Assembly: GCA_965217775.1 (NCBI GenBank)
Contig: CBDCJH010000002.1
Location: 4,864,001 to 4,928,000, forward strand
Direction: 5' to 3'
Origin: Acidobacteriota bacterium
Lineage (GTDB): Bacteria; Acidobacteriota; UBA6911; RPQK01; JAJDTT01
DNA length: 64,000 nucleotides
Shown: piece after piece, positions 9,310 to 20,715 of the stretch
Layout: the number at the start of each line of letters is the position of its first letter
Position numbering within the stretch: position 1 is the first letter of the stretch
Notes under the pieces: model-generated
Database searches by the model: none
The model's input: the letters and a program-made list of their open reading frames with translations, nothing else
Told to the model about the DNA's origin: nothing
Program-made: the position numbers and the translations under genes

Positions 9310-10758
9310 ATGATCGAGAATCCATGGAACAAGTTGAAGCGCCCCCCACTGTTGACGCGGCGCTCCATGCTGAGAGACACGGCCTGCGGCTTTGGCGTGC
9401 TGGGACTGGCCGGGCTCATCGCCGAGGCGGACCGGCTCTCTGCCGCAGCCGGAGCGGCCAACCCGCTCGCCGTCCGGAAGCCGCATTTCGAGCCGCGTGC
9501 CAAACAGGTCATCTTCCTGTTCATGCACGGCGGACCTTCCAGCGTCGACATCCTGGATCCCAAGCCCCGACTCTACCGGGATCATGGAAAACCGCTCCCC
9601 ATCAAACGTCCCCTCGCCTTCGACGACAATCCCCCGGGACCTCTGATGAAGCCACTCTGGGACTTCAAACGAACGGGCCAGAGCGGGATTCCCATGAGCG
9701 ATCTCTTTCCCCACGTCCGGACCTGCGTCGACGACCTCTGCGTGATCCGGTCCATGGTGGGAGAAGGCGTGGACCACGGAGCCGCGTTGCTGCAGACCTT
9801 CACCGGCACCAGCACCTTCACCCGCCCGTCGCTCGGTTCCTGGGCCCTGTACGGTCTGGGAACGGAGAACCAGAACCTGCCCGGTTACATCACCATCAAG
9901 CCGGCTCTGGCCCACGGCGGCGCCAAGAACTGGAGCTCGGCTTTCCTGCCCGGAGCCTACCAGGGAACCGCCATCGGCCATTCGGGGCTCAAGGTCAAGG
10001 ACTTTCGGGGGGAGCCCATCGAGTACCTGGTTCACCGCGGCTTCACGCCGGAGCAGCAACGCTACGAATTGGACATGCTCCAGAACATCAATCGCCGCCA
10101 TGCCCAATTGCGCCGGAACGACGCCGAGCTGGAAGCCCGGATCCAGGCCTTCGAACTGGCGTTTCGGATGCAGATGAGGGCTCCCGAGGCCTTCGAAGTC
10201 GAAACGGAATCGGAGACCACCCGGAAGCTCTACGGCCTCGACCGGGAGGAGACCCGGGAGTTCGGCTGGCAATGCCTGCTGGCGAGGCGCCTGGCCGAGC
10301 GGGGCGTGCGCTTCATCCAATGCACCCACAGCTACAAGTGGGACCAGCATTCCCAGCTCTATGAGAAGCACACCGAGAACGCCCGGGAAGTGGATCTGCC
10401 CATCGCCGGGTTGCTCAAGGACCTGAAATCGAGGGGCATGCTGGAGGAGACGCTGGTGATCTGGGCCGGTGAGTTCGGACGCACCCCGGTCTCCCAGGGA
10501 GGAGATGGCCGCGACCACAACCCCTACGGCTATTCGATCTGGATGGCCGGCGGTGGAGTCAAGCCTGGATTCGTCTACGGCGCCACCGACGAGATCGGCT
10601 ACCACGCGGTCGAGGACCGGATGCACATCCATGATTTCCATGCCACCGTGCTCCACCTGATGGGCTTGGACCACGAGAAACTGACCTTTCACTACAGCGG
10701 CCGCGACTTCCGGCTGACCGACGTCGCCGGCGTCGTCGCCGACAAGATCCTGGTGTAG
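9310..10758 (+). CDS. DUF1501 domain protein with Tat-like signal
   Basis: TRRSMLR, VIFLFMHGGPS..D..DPKP, CLLARRLAERGVRFIQ, GEFGRTP, GRDHNP, GRDFRLTDVAG. Confidence 0.92.
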   Translation: MIENPWNKLKRPPLLTRRSMLRDTACGFGVLGLAGLIAEADRLSAAAGAANPLAVRKPHFEPRAKQVIFLFMHGGPSSVDILDPKPRLYRDHGKPLPIKRPLAFDDNPPGPLMKPLWDFKRTGQSGIPMSDLFPHVRTCVDDLCVIRSMVGEGVDHGAALLQTFTGTSTFTRPSLGSWALYGLGTENQNLPGYITIKPALAHGGAKNWSSAFLPGAYQGTAIGHSGLKVKDFRGEPIEYLVHRGFTPEQQRYELDMLQNINRRHAQLRRNDAELEARIQAFELAFRMQMRAPEAFEVETESETTRKLYGLDREETREFGWQCLLARRLAERGVRFIQCTHSYKWDQHSQLYEKHTENAREVDLPIAGLLKDLKSRGMLEETLVIWAGEFGRTPVSQGGDGRDHNPYGYSIWMAGGGVKPGFVYGATDEIGYHAVEDRMHIHDFHATVLHLMGLDHEKLTFHYSGRDFRLTDVAGVVADKILV

Positions 10759-10802
10759 CGGGATCATCGCGTAGGGGGGTTTCACTCCAACCGGGATTCG
10801 TC

Positions 10803-13367
10803 ATGATCAAGCCTGGACTGGCATTGGCTGGCATCGCGGCGGCCTGTGGCTTGGTTCACGCCAGCGAAGCGGTGCCCCGGTTCGAGTCTCAGGTTCGCCC
10901 CCTCCTGAACCGATATTGCCTTCAGTGCCACGGGGAAAGCCTCCAGATGGGAGACCTGGATCTGCGGACCGTCTCCTCCATGGAAAAGGGAGGGAGCCAG
11001 GGCCCGGCTCTGGTGAAGGGGAATGCCGGCGAGAGTCTTCTCTACCAGCGGATCGCGGACCAGAGCATGCCCCAGGGGGAGGAGAAGCTGGAACCGGAGG
11101 AGGTCCGGCTGCTGGGCGACTGGATCAATGCCGGGGCTTCGTCGGGTCCGCTTCCGGTGCAATCCGATCTGGAACCGGCGGCGGCTCATCTCCCGTCCCA
11201 TTGGTCATTCCGCCCGATCCGGAAACCTCCTATCCCGTCCGTAAGAGATCGGCAATGGGTCCGGACACCCGTCGACGCCTTCATCTTGAGCCGCTTGGAG
11301 GAGCGGGGTATCCAGCCCGCGGCGGCGGCGGACCCCAGGACCCTGGTCCGGCGGGTGACCCTGGTCCTGACCGGCTTGCCGCCTTCCTGGGAGGAGTCGG
11401 CCGGTCTGCCCCTGGGTCCGGGCGATCCCGCCTACACCGGCCTCGTGGACGAACTTCTGGGCCGGCCCCAGTACGGTGAGCGCTGGGCCCGGCACTGGCT
11501 CGACGTGGTGCGTTATGCCGAATCCAACGGCTACGAGCGAGACGGCACCAAACCGCACGCGTGGCGCTATCGCGACTACGTCATCGACGCCTTCAACCGG
11601 GACAAGCCCTTCGATCGCTTCCTCACCGAGCAGCTCGCCGGCGACGAAATCGACGGCACCGACGCCGACTCTCAGATCGCCACCACCTTTCTGCGGCTGG
11701 GGACCTGGGACGACGAGCCGGCGGAGGAACTCCGGGACCGGTACGAACAATTGGACGACGTCCTGGGGACCGCCAGCAGCACCTTTCTCGGCCTGACCCT
11801 GCGTTGCGCCCGCTGCCATGACCACAAATTCGAACCCTTCAGCCAGGAGGACTACTATCGCTCCCTCGCCTTCTTCGAACCGCTCAAGCGTCCCAAAAAT
11901 CTCCTGAAACCCCGCGCCGATCTGGACCGGATGGTGGGCACGCCGGACGAACTGGAACGGTACCGGGTGGCCACCATGAAGGTGGAGGTGGAGACGGAGA
12001 GGCTGGAGGGGAAGAAGAAGAAACTGAGCCGGAAGATATTGGATCGGGTTCTCTCCGACGGGGCCTCCAACCGGGACCTGAGCTGGGCACACCACGCCGA
12101 AACGGTATTGGCATTCCGGACCCTGGAAGAGGGCCGGACCGACGAGCAGAAGTCCCTGATCCGCAAGTTCGAGGAGCGCATGGATCGGGAGATCCTGGCC
12201 GCAGCCACCACCGAGGAGGCTCGGGACTTGAGCCGTTGGGAGCGGGAAATGGACCGCGTGAAGTCGGAGGCCCCCGCCGAACCTCCCCGGGCCTACGTCT
12301 GGTACGAAGACACTGCTTTTCCTGCCGCCACCCGGGTCCTGCTCCGGGGTGACCCCGCGGCCCCTGGAGAGGAGGTGCAACCGGTGGTTCCAACGATCCT
12401 GGCCCCCCCGGACCTGCTTTCCCGGCTCGGACCCATCGAGTCCACTTTCAACTCCAGCGGAAGGCGGCGCTGGCTGGCCCGGTGGATGACCGCCCCCCGG
12501 AATCCGCTGGTCGCCCGGGTGATGGTGAACCGGATCTGGCAGTGGGTCTTCGGCGAAGGCCTGGTGGCCACCGAGAACGATTTCGGGGTCGCGGGGGATG
12601 CCCCCAGCCACCCCCTGCTTCTGGACTATCTGGCTTCGGAATTCATCGCCTCCGGCTGGAGCGTGAAACATGTGGTCCGGCTCCTGGCCGGCTCCTCCAC
12701 CTTCGCGCAAGCGTCCGACTGGAACCCACAGGCCGCCGGCGTGGACCACCAGAACCGCCTCCTCTGGCGATGGCAGCCCCGCCGCCTGGAAGCGGAGGCC
12801 GTCCGGGACTCGATGCTGGCCGTCAGCGGCAGCCTGAATCACTCCATGCACGGCCCCAGCATGTTTCCCCGAATCCCCGATTCGGTCTTGGCCGGACAGT
12901 CGAGACCGGGACTCGACTGGGGAGAACCGGACCCGGAGCAGAACCTCCGGCGCAGCATCTACATCTTCGTCAAGCGTTCCCTGGCCGTCCCCGAACTGGA
13001 ATTGCTGGATTCACCCGATACCACCTCCAGTTGCGAGCAGCGCCGCGTCTCCACCACCGGACCCCAGGCCCTTACTTTCTTGAATGGAGACTTCACCCAC
13101 GAGCAGGCTCGGCGTCTGGCGCGCAGAGTGATGCGCGCGACCGGCGAAAAACGGGACAACCAGGTTCGGGGGGCTTTCCGGATGGGACTGGCGAGGGGAC
13201 CCAGCCCCGAGGAATTGAAAGCGGCGTTGGACTTTCTTCAGGCCCAGGAAGAGCAGATCCGTGAGGACCTGACCGGAACCCAGGCCAACCCGGTCATCCG
13301 GGAGCGGGTCCTTCAATCCCTCTGCCTGACTCTGTTGAACACCAACGAGTTCTTCTACCTGCACTGA
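10803..13367 (+). CDS. Second planctomycete cytochrome c / DUF1549 / DUF1553 protein
   Basis: CLQCHG, YGERWARHWLDVVRYAE, CARCHDHKFEP, ARVMVNRIWQ, QALTFLN, NTNEFFYL. Confidence 0.92.
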   Translation: MIKPGLALAGIAAACGLVHASEAVPRFESQVRPLLNRYCLQCHGESLQMGDLDLRTVSSMEKGGSQGPALVKGNAGESLLYQRIADQSMPQGEEKLEPEEVRLLGDWINAGASSGPLPVQSDLEPAAAHLPSHWSFRPIRKPPIPSVRDRQWVRTPVDAFILSRLEERGIQPAAAADPRTLVRRVTLVLTGLPPSWEESAGLPLGPGDPAYTGLVDELLGRPQYGERWARHWLDVVRYAESNGYERDGTKPHAWRYRDYVIDAFNRDKPFDRFLTEQLAGDEIDGTDADSQIATTFLRLGTWDDEPAEELRDRYEQLDDVLGTASSTFLGLTLRCARCHDHKFEPFSQEDYYRSLAFFEPLKRPKNLLKPRADLDRMVGTPDELERYRVATMKVEVETERLEGKKKKLSRKILDRVLSDGASNRDLSWAHHAETVLAFRTLEEGRTDEQKSLIRKFEERMDREILAAATTEEARDLSRWEREMDRVKSEAPAEPPRAYVWYEDTAFPAATRVLLRGDPAAPGEEVQPVVPTILAPPDLLSRLGPIESTFNSSGRRRWLARWMTAPRNPLVARVMVNRIWQWVFGEGLVATENDFGVAGDAPSHPLLLDYLASEFIASGWSVKHVVRLLAGSSTFAQASDWNPQAAGVDHQNRLLWRWQPRRLEAEAVRDSMLAVSGSLNHSMHGPSMFPRIPDSVLAGQSRPGLDWGEPDPEQNLRRSIYIFVKRSLAVPELELLDSPDTTSSCEQRRVSTTGPQALTFLNGDFTHEQARRLARRVMRATGEKRDNQVRGAFRMGLARGPSPEELKAALDFLQAQEEQIREDLTGTQANPVIRERVLQSLCLTLLNTNEFFYLH

Positions 13368-13467
13368 GAATCCCTGACGCAAACGCCGGGAATCCGGCCG
13401 CCGGTGCGGGCGAGATTGCAAATGAGCCGCCAAGGACCTACTCTGAGGCATCCCTTCTGTAGAGGCC

Positions 13468-14961
<1,494 letters not shown>

Positions 14962-15033
14962 CCAGCCCCCCGACCGGTCCGTCTCCGCTTCGACCTCAAG
15001 GACGCGTTTCTCACCAGGAGGCGCCGGGGTCGG

Positions 15034-16665
15034 TCAATCCAACTCGAAGGTGAAGAGCGAGGTTCCGGCGGTGATGGCCAGGTGCTGCTTGCCTTGATTC
15101 AGGTAGGTGATGGTGCTGGTGGCGATCATGCCACCCAGATGAGCCACCCAGAGCTCCTCCCCGGTGCGGGCGTCCAGAGCGAAGAATTGACCGTCGGTGG
15201 TGCCGCTGAAGGCGAGGTCGCCGGCAGTGGTGAGGACGCCGGACCAGGGCACGGTCAGCAGCGGATACTCCCACTTGAGTTCGCCCGTCTCCGGGACCAG
15301 CGCACGGATCGCTCCCCTCCCCGGCGGCTCTTCGGACGCTCCTTGAACCAGCCCGCCCCAGTAGGGAAGACCCGGCGTGTAGTCAGCCTCGCCTTTGTAA
15401 AAATAGTTGGGCAATTCCCAGACCGGGACATAGAAGAGGTCCGTGCGCGGACTGTAGGACGGCGAGTACCAGTTGGTTCCCCCTTGGACTCCGGGGTAGA
15501 CCAGCGTTCCCTCTTCGGTGGGCTCCATGTTGGGGACCCGGACCGGACGGCCGTTTTCGTCGATCCTCTCCGCCCAGGTCACCTTCACGTATTTCTTGCC
15601 CAGGAGATACTCGCCGGAGGTCCGATCCAGGACATAGAAGAACCCGTTCCGGTTGGCGAAGTACATGAGCTTTCGCTGCTCGCCGCCGAACTCGCCGTCC
15701 ACCAGCACCGGGATCTGCACCGAGTCCCAATCGTGCAGGTCGTGGGGAGTGAACTGGAAATACCAGCGCATCTTTCCGGTATCGGCCTCCACGGCCACCA
15801 CCGAAGACGCAAACAGGTTGTCCCCCAGACGAACGTCGCCGTTCCAGTCGGGGGCGGGATTCCCCGTGCCCCAGTAGATGAGGTCCAGTTCCGGATCGTA
15901 GGAACCGGTGATCCAGGTGGGGGCTCCGCCCTGTTTCCACGAGTCCCCGGACCAGGTCTCGTTCCCCGGTTCGCCGGGACCCGGAATGGTGTAGAAACGC
16001 CAGGCCCGCTCGCCGGTGGCGGCGTCGTAGGCATCCAGAAACCCCCGGATCCCGTATTCCCCGCCCGAGATGCCCACGATGATCTTGTCCTTCACGGCCA
16101 GCGGCGCCACCGTGATGCTGTAACCCTCGCTGTATTCCGCCACCTTCGCCTTCCAGACCACGGCGCCCGTCTTGGCGTCCAGGGCCACCAGTTGGGCGTC
16201 CAGCGTGCCCAGGTAGACCCGGCCGTTGAGCACGGCCATGCCCCGGTTCACCTGCCCGCAGCAGACGCTGGTGCGTTCCGGCAGTTTGTGGCGATATTCC
16301 CAGAAGGGCCGTCCGGTCCGGGCGTCCAAGGCCAGGGCATCGCTGGGTGGTTGGGTCACATACATGACGTCGTTCACCACCAGCGGAGTCGTCTCCACCT
16401 TCTCGAGGCTCTTGAATTGAAATACCCAGTCGAGACTGAGGCGGTGGACGTTGGTGGTGTTGACCTGGTCCAGGCGGCTGTAACGCCAACTCCGGTATCC
16501 GCCGGAATAGGTGAGCCAGTGCCCCGGCAACTGGTCCGCCGTCAGCAGTTCGCCGTGGGTCACCTCTCCCGAGAGGACCGTCGCGTCCTGTCTGGGAACG
16601 GTTCCATCAGGCGTGCAGGCCACCGCCAGCAACAGCACCAACCAGATCGCCGAATGCCGCTTCAT
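15034..16665 (-). CDS. PQQ-dependent dehydrogenase, methanol/ethanol (acidobacterial quinoprotein) family; probable lipoprotein
   Basis: RYSRLDQVN, ETTPLVV, vicinal CC in CCGQVNRG, SGGEYGIRG, WGTGNP, FTPHDLHDWD, GGTNW; LAVAC lipobox. Confidence 0.92.
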   Translation of the reverse strand: MKRHSAIWLVLLLAVACTPDGTVPRQDATVLSGEVTHGELLTADQLPGHWLTYSGGYRSWRYSRLDQVNTTNVHRLSLDWVFQFKSLEKVETTPLVVNDVMYVTQPPSDALALDARTGRPFWEYRHKLPERTSVCCGQVNRGMAVLNGRVYLGTLDAQLVALDAKTGAVVWKAKVAEYSEGYSITVAPLAVKDKIIVGISGGEYGIRGFLDAYDAATGERAWRFYTIPGPGEPGNETWSGDSWKQGGAPTWITGSYDPELDLIYWGTGNPAPDWNGDVRLGDNLFASSVVAVEADTGKMRWYFQFTPHDLHDWDSVQIPVLVDGEFGGEQRKLMYFANRNGFFYVLDRTSGEYLLGKKYVKVTWAERIDENGRPVRVPNMEPTEEGTLVYPGVQGGTNWYSPSYSPRTDLFYVPVWELPNYFYKGEADYTPGLPYWGGLVQGASEEPPGRGAIRALVPETGELKWEYPLLTVPWSGVLTTAGDLAFSGTTDGQFFALDARTGEELWVAHLGGMIATSTITYLNQGKQHLAITAGTSLFTFELD

Positions 16666-16670
16666 GGACG

Positions 16671-17480
16671 CTATTTCCTTTTCAAAGAGGCCAGGTAGGC
16701 CACCAGGTCGTCGACTTCCGCCTCGTTGAGATCGTCTTGAAAGGTCGGCATGGACGAGACCTGCCCCCTGCGAACCTCTTTCAGGAGCTTCTTGGTATAG
16801 GAGAGGAGGCGCTCTTCCTCGTCCATGACCTGGATCGAATAGCTGTCTTCGTTCAGGACCACGCCCTGAACCGAGTTTCCGTCGGCCAGGGTGAGGGTGA
16901 CCGGCCAGTAGCGGCGGGTGCCGTCCACGAAGGTTTCGGAACTGTTCCCGATCTCCGCGGTGGGTTCCAGGATGGACTCTTTCAGGAAACCGGCGGACCG
17001 CTTCCAGCCCACGTCACTCAAGTCGGGACCGAGACGCCCTCCCCGTCCGTCGACCATGTGACAGCGGGAGCAGTCCCCTTGCTCCTCGAAGACGACCTTG
17101 CCCTTGGCAGGGTCGCCGGGAAGCTTCTCGGACGCGGAACGGCGATCCAGTGATCGCAGATAAGCGACCAATTGCCAGACCTCCCGGTCGGGGAAACGGT
17201 GGGCCGCCATGCTGGTCCCGGTGATCCCCTGGCTGACGATGCGAAACAGAGCCGAGTTGCTGTTTCCATGGCGATACTCGGAACGGGTCAGGTCCGGACC
17301 CGATTCGCCGGTGGCGTCCAGGGCGTGGCAGATGGCGCAATGGTTCCGAAAGTTCCGTGCGCCGTTATACAAATCGGCGACCGAAGTGTAAGGGTTCCGG
17401 GTGACCGACTCTTGCGCCGGCGATTCGTGTGACAGGACCAGGATCAGCAAGCCGGCGATCAGGAAATTCGTATTTCTCAA
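16671..17480 (-). CDS. Diheme c-type cytochrome with putative heme-binding domain, likely partner of the PQQ dehydrogenase
   Basis: CAICH and CSRCH, GPDL motifs, SSMP; start uncertain (TTG 17480, ORF open to 17579). Confidence 0.87.
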   Translation of the reverse strand: MRNTNFLIAGLLILVLSHESPAQESVTRNPYTSVADLYNGARNFRNHCAICHALDATGESGPDLTRSEYRHGNSNSALFRIVSQGITGTSMAAHRFPDREVWQLVAYLRSLDRRSASEKLPGDPAKGKVVFEEQGDCSRCHMVDGRGGRLGPDLSDVGWKRSAGFLKESILEPTAEIGNSSETFVDGTRRYWPVTLTLADGNSVQGVVLNEDSYSIQVMDEEERLLSYTKKLLKEVRRGQVSSMPTFQDDLNEAEVDDLVAYLASLKRK

Positions 17481-17658
17481 AACGTTTCCAAGGTTGCGTT
17501 TGTGGTATCCGAACACCTGCCGGAAGTCAAGGAGCAGGGCGGAAAAGAAGGAAGGCCCCCACAAGATGCGCCCCTGCAATTTCCCGGGAAAAAGGTCATT
17601 ATTGTCTATCGGTGATAAAAGCCAAAGCTAGTTTTACTATTGACAGTAATTTCTTCTC

Positions 17659-18702
17659 TTATGGAAATCTGCGAGCGAGTGTCTCCCGCGCCTGAGTCCT
17701 GGCCTTCTCCAGCACGTCCTGGAGGCGGACCGGCACTCCGCCGCGCCGTTTGCTCTCATCGGCGGCTTCCATGAAAACGTAGATTTCCAGCGTCGTGGCA
17801 GGATCGACGGGCGGCACGCGGGTCTCGAAGAACTCAACGATCCGGGCGACCAGGGGAGGATAACCGCTGAAGCCGCCCAGCGGAGCGATGGCCTCACTCC
17901 CGAAGGCGGTCCCACCGTATCCCCGTTTCCCGGCCCGGCGGCCGTGAAAGGTTCCAAGCCGACCGTCGGACCATCTTCCCACCACCACGTCGCCTCCCGG
18001 CGTGTTCATCCGGCTCAGCTCCACGCAGCCGGGACCCATGACGGTGTAGAGAAACTCCACCCCATGGATGCCGTACCAGAAGAGATCGGGGTGATTCGGC
18101 TCCATCACAGCCGGACTGTAGGCATCGCACGCCAGGATCTTTCCCACCTTTCCCTTGACCACTTCCTGAACCCCCGCGGCGTAGCGCAGGCCGGAAGAGG
18201 AGAAGACGGGAGTCCCGTAGCGCTTCGAGAGCTCGTAGATCGCCACCACGTCCGCCAGGGTTCCGGCCACCGGCTTGTCGATGAAGACCGGCTTGCCGGC
18301 CTTCAGGACCGGCGCGGCCTGCTCCAGGTGGGGACGTCCGTCGTTGGTCTCCAGCAGGACCACGTCCACTTTCTGCAGCAGCGCCTCGATGCTGGGGACG
18401 ATCTCGACACCCATCTCCCGCACCCGGCGCGTGTATTCCGGAACCCGCCGTACGCTCGACTCGATGTCGCGGCTTCCTTGGGGATACGCGGCCACCACCC
18501 GGCAGCCCGGGACGTGGCCCTCGTCCCCGGGGTCGTTGAGGATCCGGGTGAAGTGGACGGAATGGGACGTGTCGAGGCCGATGATCCCGGCTCGGAGCGG
18601 GCCGGCCCGCATTCCGGCATCCGTCGACGCCAAAAGGAAGAGCAGCAGAATCAGGAGCGGGGAACCGATTCGAGCCGAGTTGATTTCGCGTATGAGCCGC
18701 AT
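17659..18702 (-). CDS. Secreted Gfo/Idh/MocA family oxidoreductase
   Basis: GIIGLDTSHS, LLETNDGRPH, FIDKPVA, SSSGLRY, WYGIHGVE; ORF extension to 18762 overlaps the tRNA and is rejected. Confidence 0.87.
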   Translation of the reverse strand: MRLIREINSARIGSPLLILLLFLLASTDAGMRAGPLRAGIIGLDTSHSVHFTRILNDPGDEGHVPGCRVVAAYPQGSRDIESSVRRVPEYTRRVREMGVEIVPSIEALLQKVDVVLLETNDGRPHLEQAAPVLKAGKPVFIDKPVAGTLADVVAIYELSKRYGTPVFSSSGLRYAAGVQEVVKGKVGKILACDAYSPAVMEPNHPDLFWYGIHGVEFLYTVMGPGCVELSRMNTPGGDVVVGRWSDGRLGTFHGRRAGKRGYGGTAFGSEAIAPLGGFSGYPPLVARIVEFFETRVPPVDPATTLEIYVFMEAADESKRRGGVPVRLQDVLEKARTQARETLARRFP

Positions 18703-18709
18703 GAAAAGG

Positions 18710-18784
<75 letters not shown>

Positions 18785-18793
18785 TCGTCCACC

Positions 18794-18802
18794 ATTCTAG
18801 CA
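18794..18802 (-). promoter_or_regulatory. Putative extended -10 promoter (TGcTAGAAT) of tRNA-Gly
   Basis: TGCTAGAAT on the minus strand 9 nt upstream of the tRNA 5' end. Confidence 0.5.
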
Positions 18803-18855
18803 GTCCTTGGAAAGAATGGAATGGCAGGCCCCAGGTCCCACCGGAATTACCAGTT

Positions 18856-20499
18856 CTAATTTGAACTCGACCTTTGGGCGACGACCAGATCGTGGTCGTC
18901 GATCATGGTGTTCATGGCCTGCCGTAGCGCGGTCAGCGCCAATTGATAGTCGATCTGGGAGCGCAATTCCACGAGACGGGCCTCGGCCACGTCACGCTGG
19001 TACTGCAGGAGCTCGAAGTTGGTGGAGAGCCCGGCCTTGAACCGTTTGGTCTCCAGCTCCAACTGCTCCTGGGCGAAACGCACCGCCAGAGCGGACATGT
19101 CCAGCTCCCGCTTCTGAATGCCGAGACGTTCATAGGCGTTGCGAACCTCCTCCACGATGAGCTGCTCCTGCTCCCGTTGCTGGTGCCGGAGACGGCGCTG
19201 GGCAATGGCGGTCTCCGCAAGAAGGCCTTCGTTGCGGCGATTTCTCAAGGGGATCTCCACATTGACGAAGATCTCATAGGAAATGTAGTCGAACCCCAGC
19301 GCCTGTCCCATGGAATTGCCGAAGTTGCCGTAGAACGGGTTCGCCGGATCCGGCTCGCGAGTCAGGGCGCCGAAGAAATCCACGTTCTTGAAGACCTGTC
19401 CCGACCGGCCGTACGAACCGACGTTGGCTATCAGATTGACTCTGGGCTTTCCCTCCTTCCTGTAGAAATCCCTGTCGATCCGATTCTGCTCCACCTCCAG
19501 GTTCAGGCGCTCCAACTCGGGACGGCGCTTCAGCGCCTGTCCGATGGCCTCTTCCAGCGTGATGCCGAGGGATTGAATCCGAGGCCGATCCGTCGGGATC
19601 AACCTCAGATTCCAAAGGGGGGCCGCCCGATCGGGGGTCAGAAGCCGCTTGAGGGCATTCTGACGAATGACGATCTGGACCTCCGCCCGAATCGTGACCT
19701 GCTCCCGCTTGGAGACTTCCGCCCGGGTCCGGCTGACCTCCATGGGAGCCGAGATGCCCACCGCCACCCTGCGCTTGTTGAGTTCGTGCTGCAGGACGGC
19801 CTGTTCCCGCGACTGGCGGCGCGTCTCGTGGTTGTCGATGGCCGAAACCAGCTCCCAATACTCAGTCTGGAGCCGCAGGATGATGCTCGACACCCTCTCT
19901 TCGAACTGGCTCTCGTTGATGCGGCGGTCCAGGTTGTAGAGCTTCAACTGCCGTTCGGTCTGGGTCTCCCGGAATCCTCGCCACAGCGGTTGGGTGAAGG
20001 AGAAGTTGAAATAGGACTCGAAGTTGGGATTGATGATGGAAAAAAGACTGTTGGAGGAGTTGCGAACGTTGTTCAGGGTCAGCTGCAGGGCGCCGCCACC
20101 TTTGACCGGCTGTTGAACCGAGGTGTCGAACTGAAGCCCGCGCCGAATTGACGTGGGGATGTTGCGTCCCGCATCCAGAATGCTGGTGGACGGCCATTCA
20201 TTGGACCTCCAGCCCGTGGAGAAGCTGAGCACCGGATCGTAGTCGCCGCGAGTCTGGAATATCCGCTGCTCGGTCACGTCTTCATTGAAATCCTCGATGG
20301 CGATCGCCAGGTTGTTGGTCAGCGCGAGCCGGACGGCCTCCTTCAAGGAGAGATCCAAGTGTCTTCCCTCGCTTCGAACCCGTTCCACGTACGGTCTGGT
20401 GGAAGGGAATTCCTGGTCCGTATCCGAAGCACCTTCGATCGGACACAGTCCAACCCAGAGGACGACCAGACCGGAAACGGGAGGGCGAAAGGCAATCAT
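18856..20499 (-). CDS. TolC family outer membrane efflux protein
   Basis: LSLKEAVRLALTNNL, FTQPLWRG, EYWELV, EIPLRNR, RFKAGLSTNFELLQYQ. Confidence 0.9.
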   Translation of the reverse strand: MIAFRPPVSGLVVLWVGLCPIEGASDTDQEFPSTRPYVERVRSEGRHLDLSLKEAVRLALTNNLAIAIEDFNEDVTEQRIFQTRGDYDPVLSFSTGWRSNEWPSTSILDAGRNIPTSIRRGLQFDTSVQQPVKGGGALQLTLNNVRNSSNSLFSIINPNFESYFNFSFTQPLWRGFRETQTERQLKLYNLDRRINESQFEERVSSIILRLQTEYWELVSAIDNHETRRQSREQAVLQHELNKRRVAVGISAPMEVSRTRAEVSKREQVTIRAEVQIVIRQNALKRLLTPDRAAPLWNLRLIPTDRPRIQSLGITLEEAIGQALKRRPELERLNLEVEQNRIDRDFYRKEGKPRVNLIANVGSYGRSGQVFKNVDFFGALTREPDPANPFYGNFGNSMGQALGFDYISYEIFVNVEIPLRNRRNEGLLAETAIAQRRLRHQQREQEQLIVEEVRNAYERLGIQKRELDMSALAVRFAQEQLELETKRFKAGLSTNFELLQYQRDVAEARLVELRSQIDYQLALTALRQAMNTMIDDHDLVVAQRSSSN

Positions 20500-20715
20500 G
20501 ATTGAACTCCTAGCGCAGGTGATGCATCTTCAAATCAGAGGTTCGTCTACGTTAGAGATGCATTCGACGTCGATAAGGATCGGCCGATCCCGGTTGGGAC
20601 CGGGCGCACGGCCAGATTTCAAAGGGGAGCCGCGGATCGGGAAGACGTGTTTCCCGACGGCGCTCCCTGAAGACATATTATCCCTCATACCATTCTCCAT
20701 CCGGGCAAAGTGTTC

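Noticed and set aside
6616-10785. 1389-aa minus-strand ORF and other long shadow ORFs (for example 38792-40657, 43163-44935, 46286-47959, 50804-52549)
   Set aside because: They are antisense to well-supported genes in high-GC DNA and carry no recognisable motifs
17634-17649. Short palindrome ttact-attgac-agtaa upstream of the cytochrome c gene as an operator
   Set aside because: Single occurrence with 5-bp arms in an AT-rich stretch; cannot be distinguished from chance
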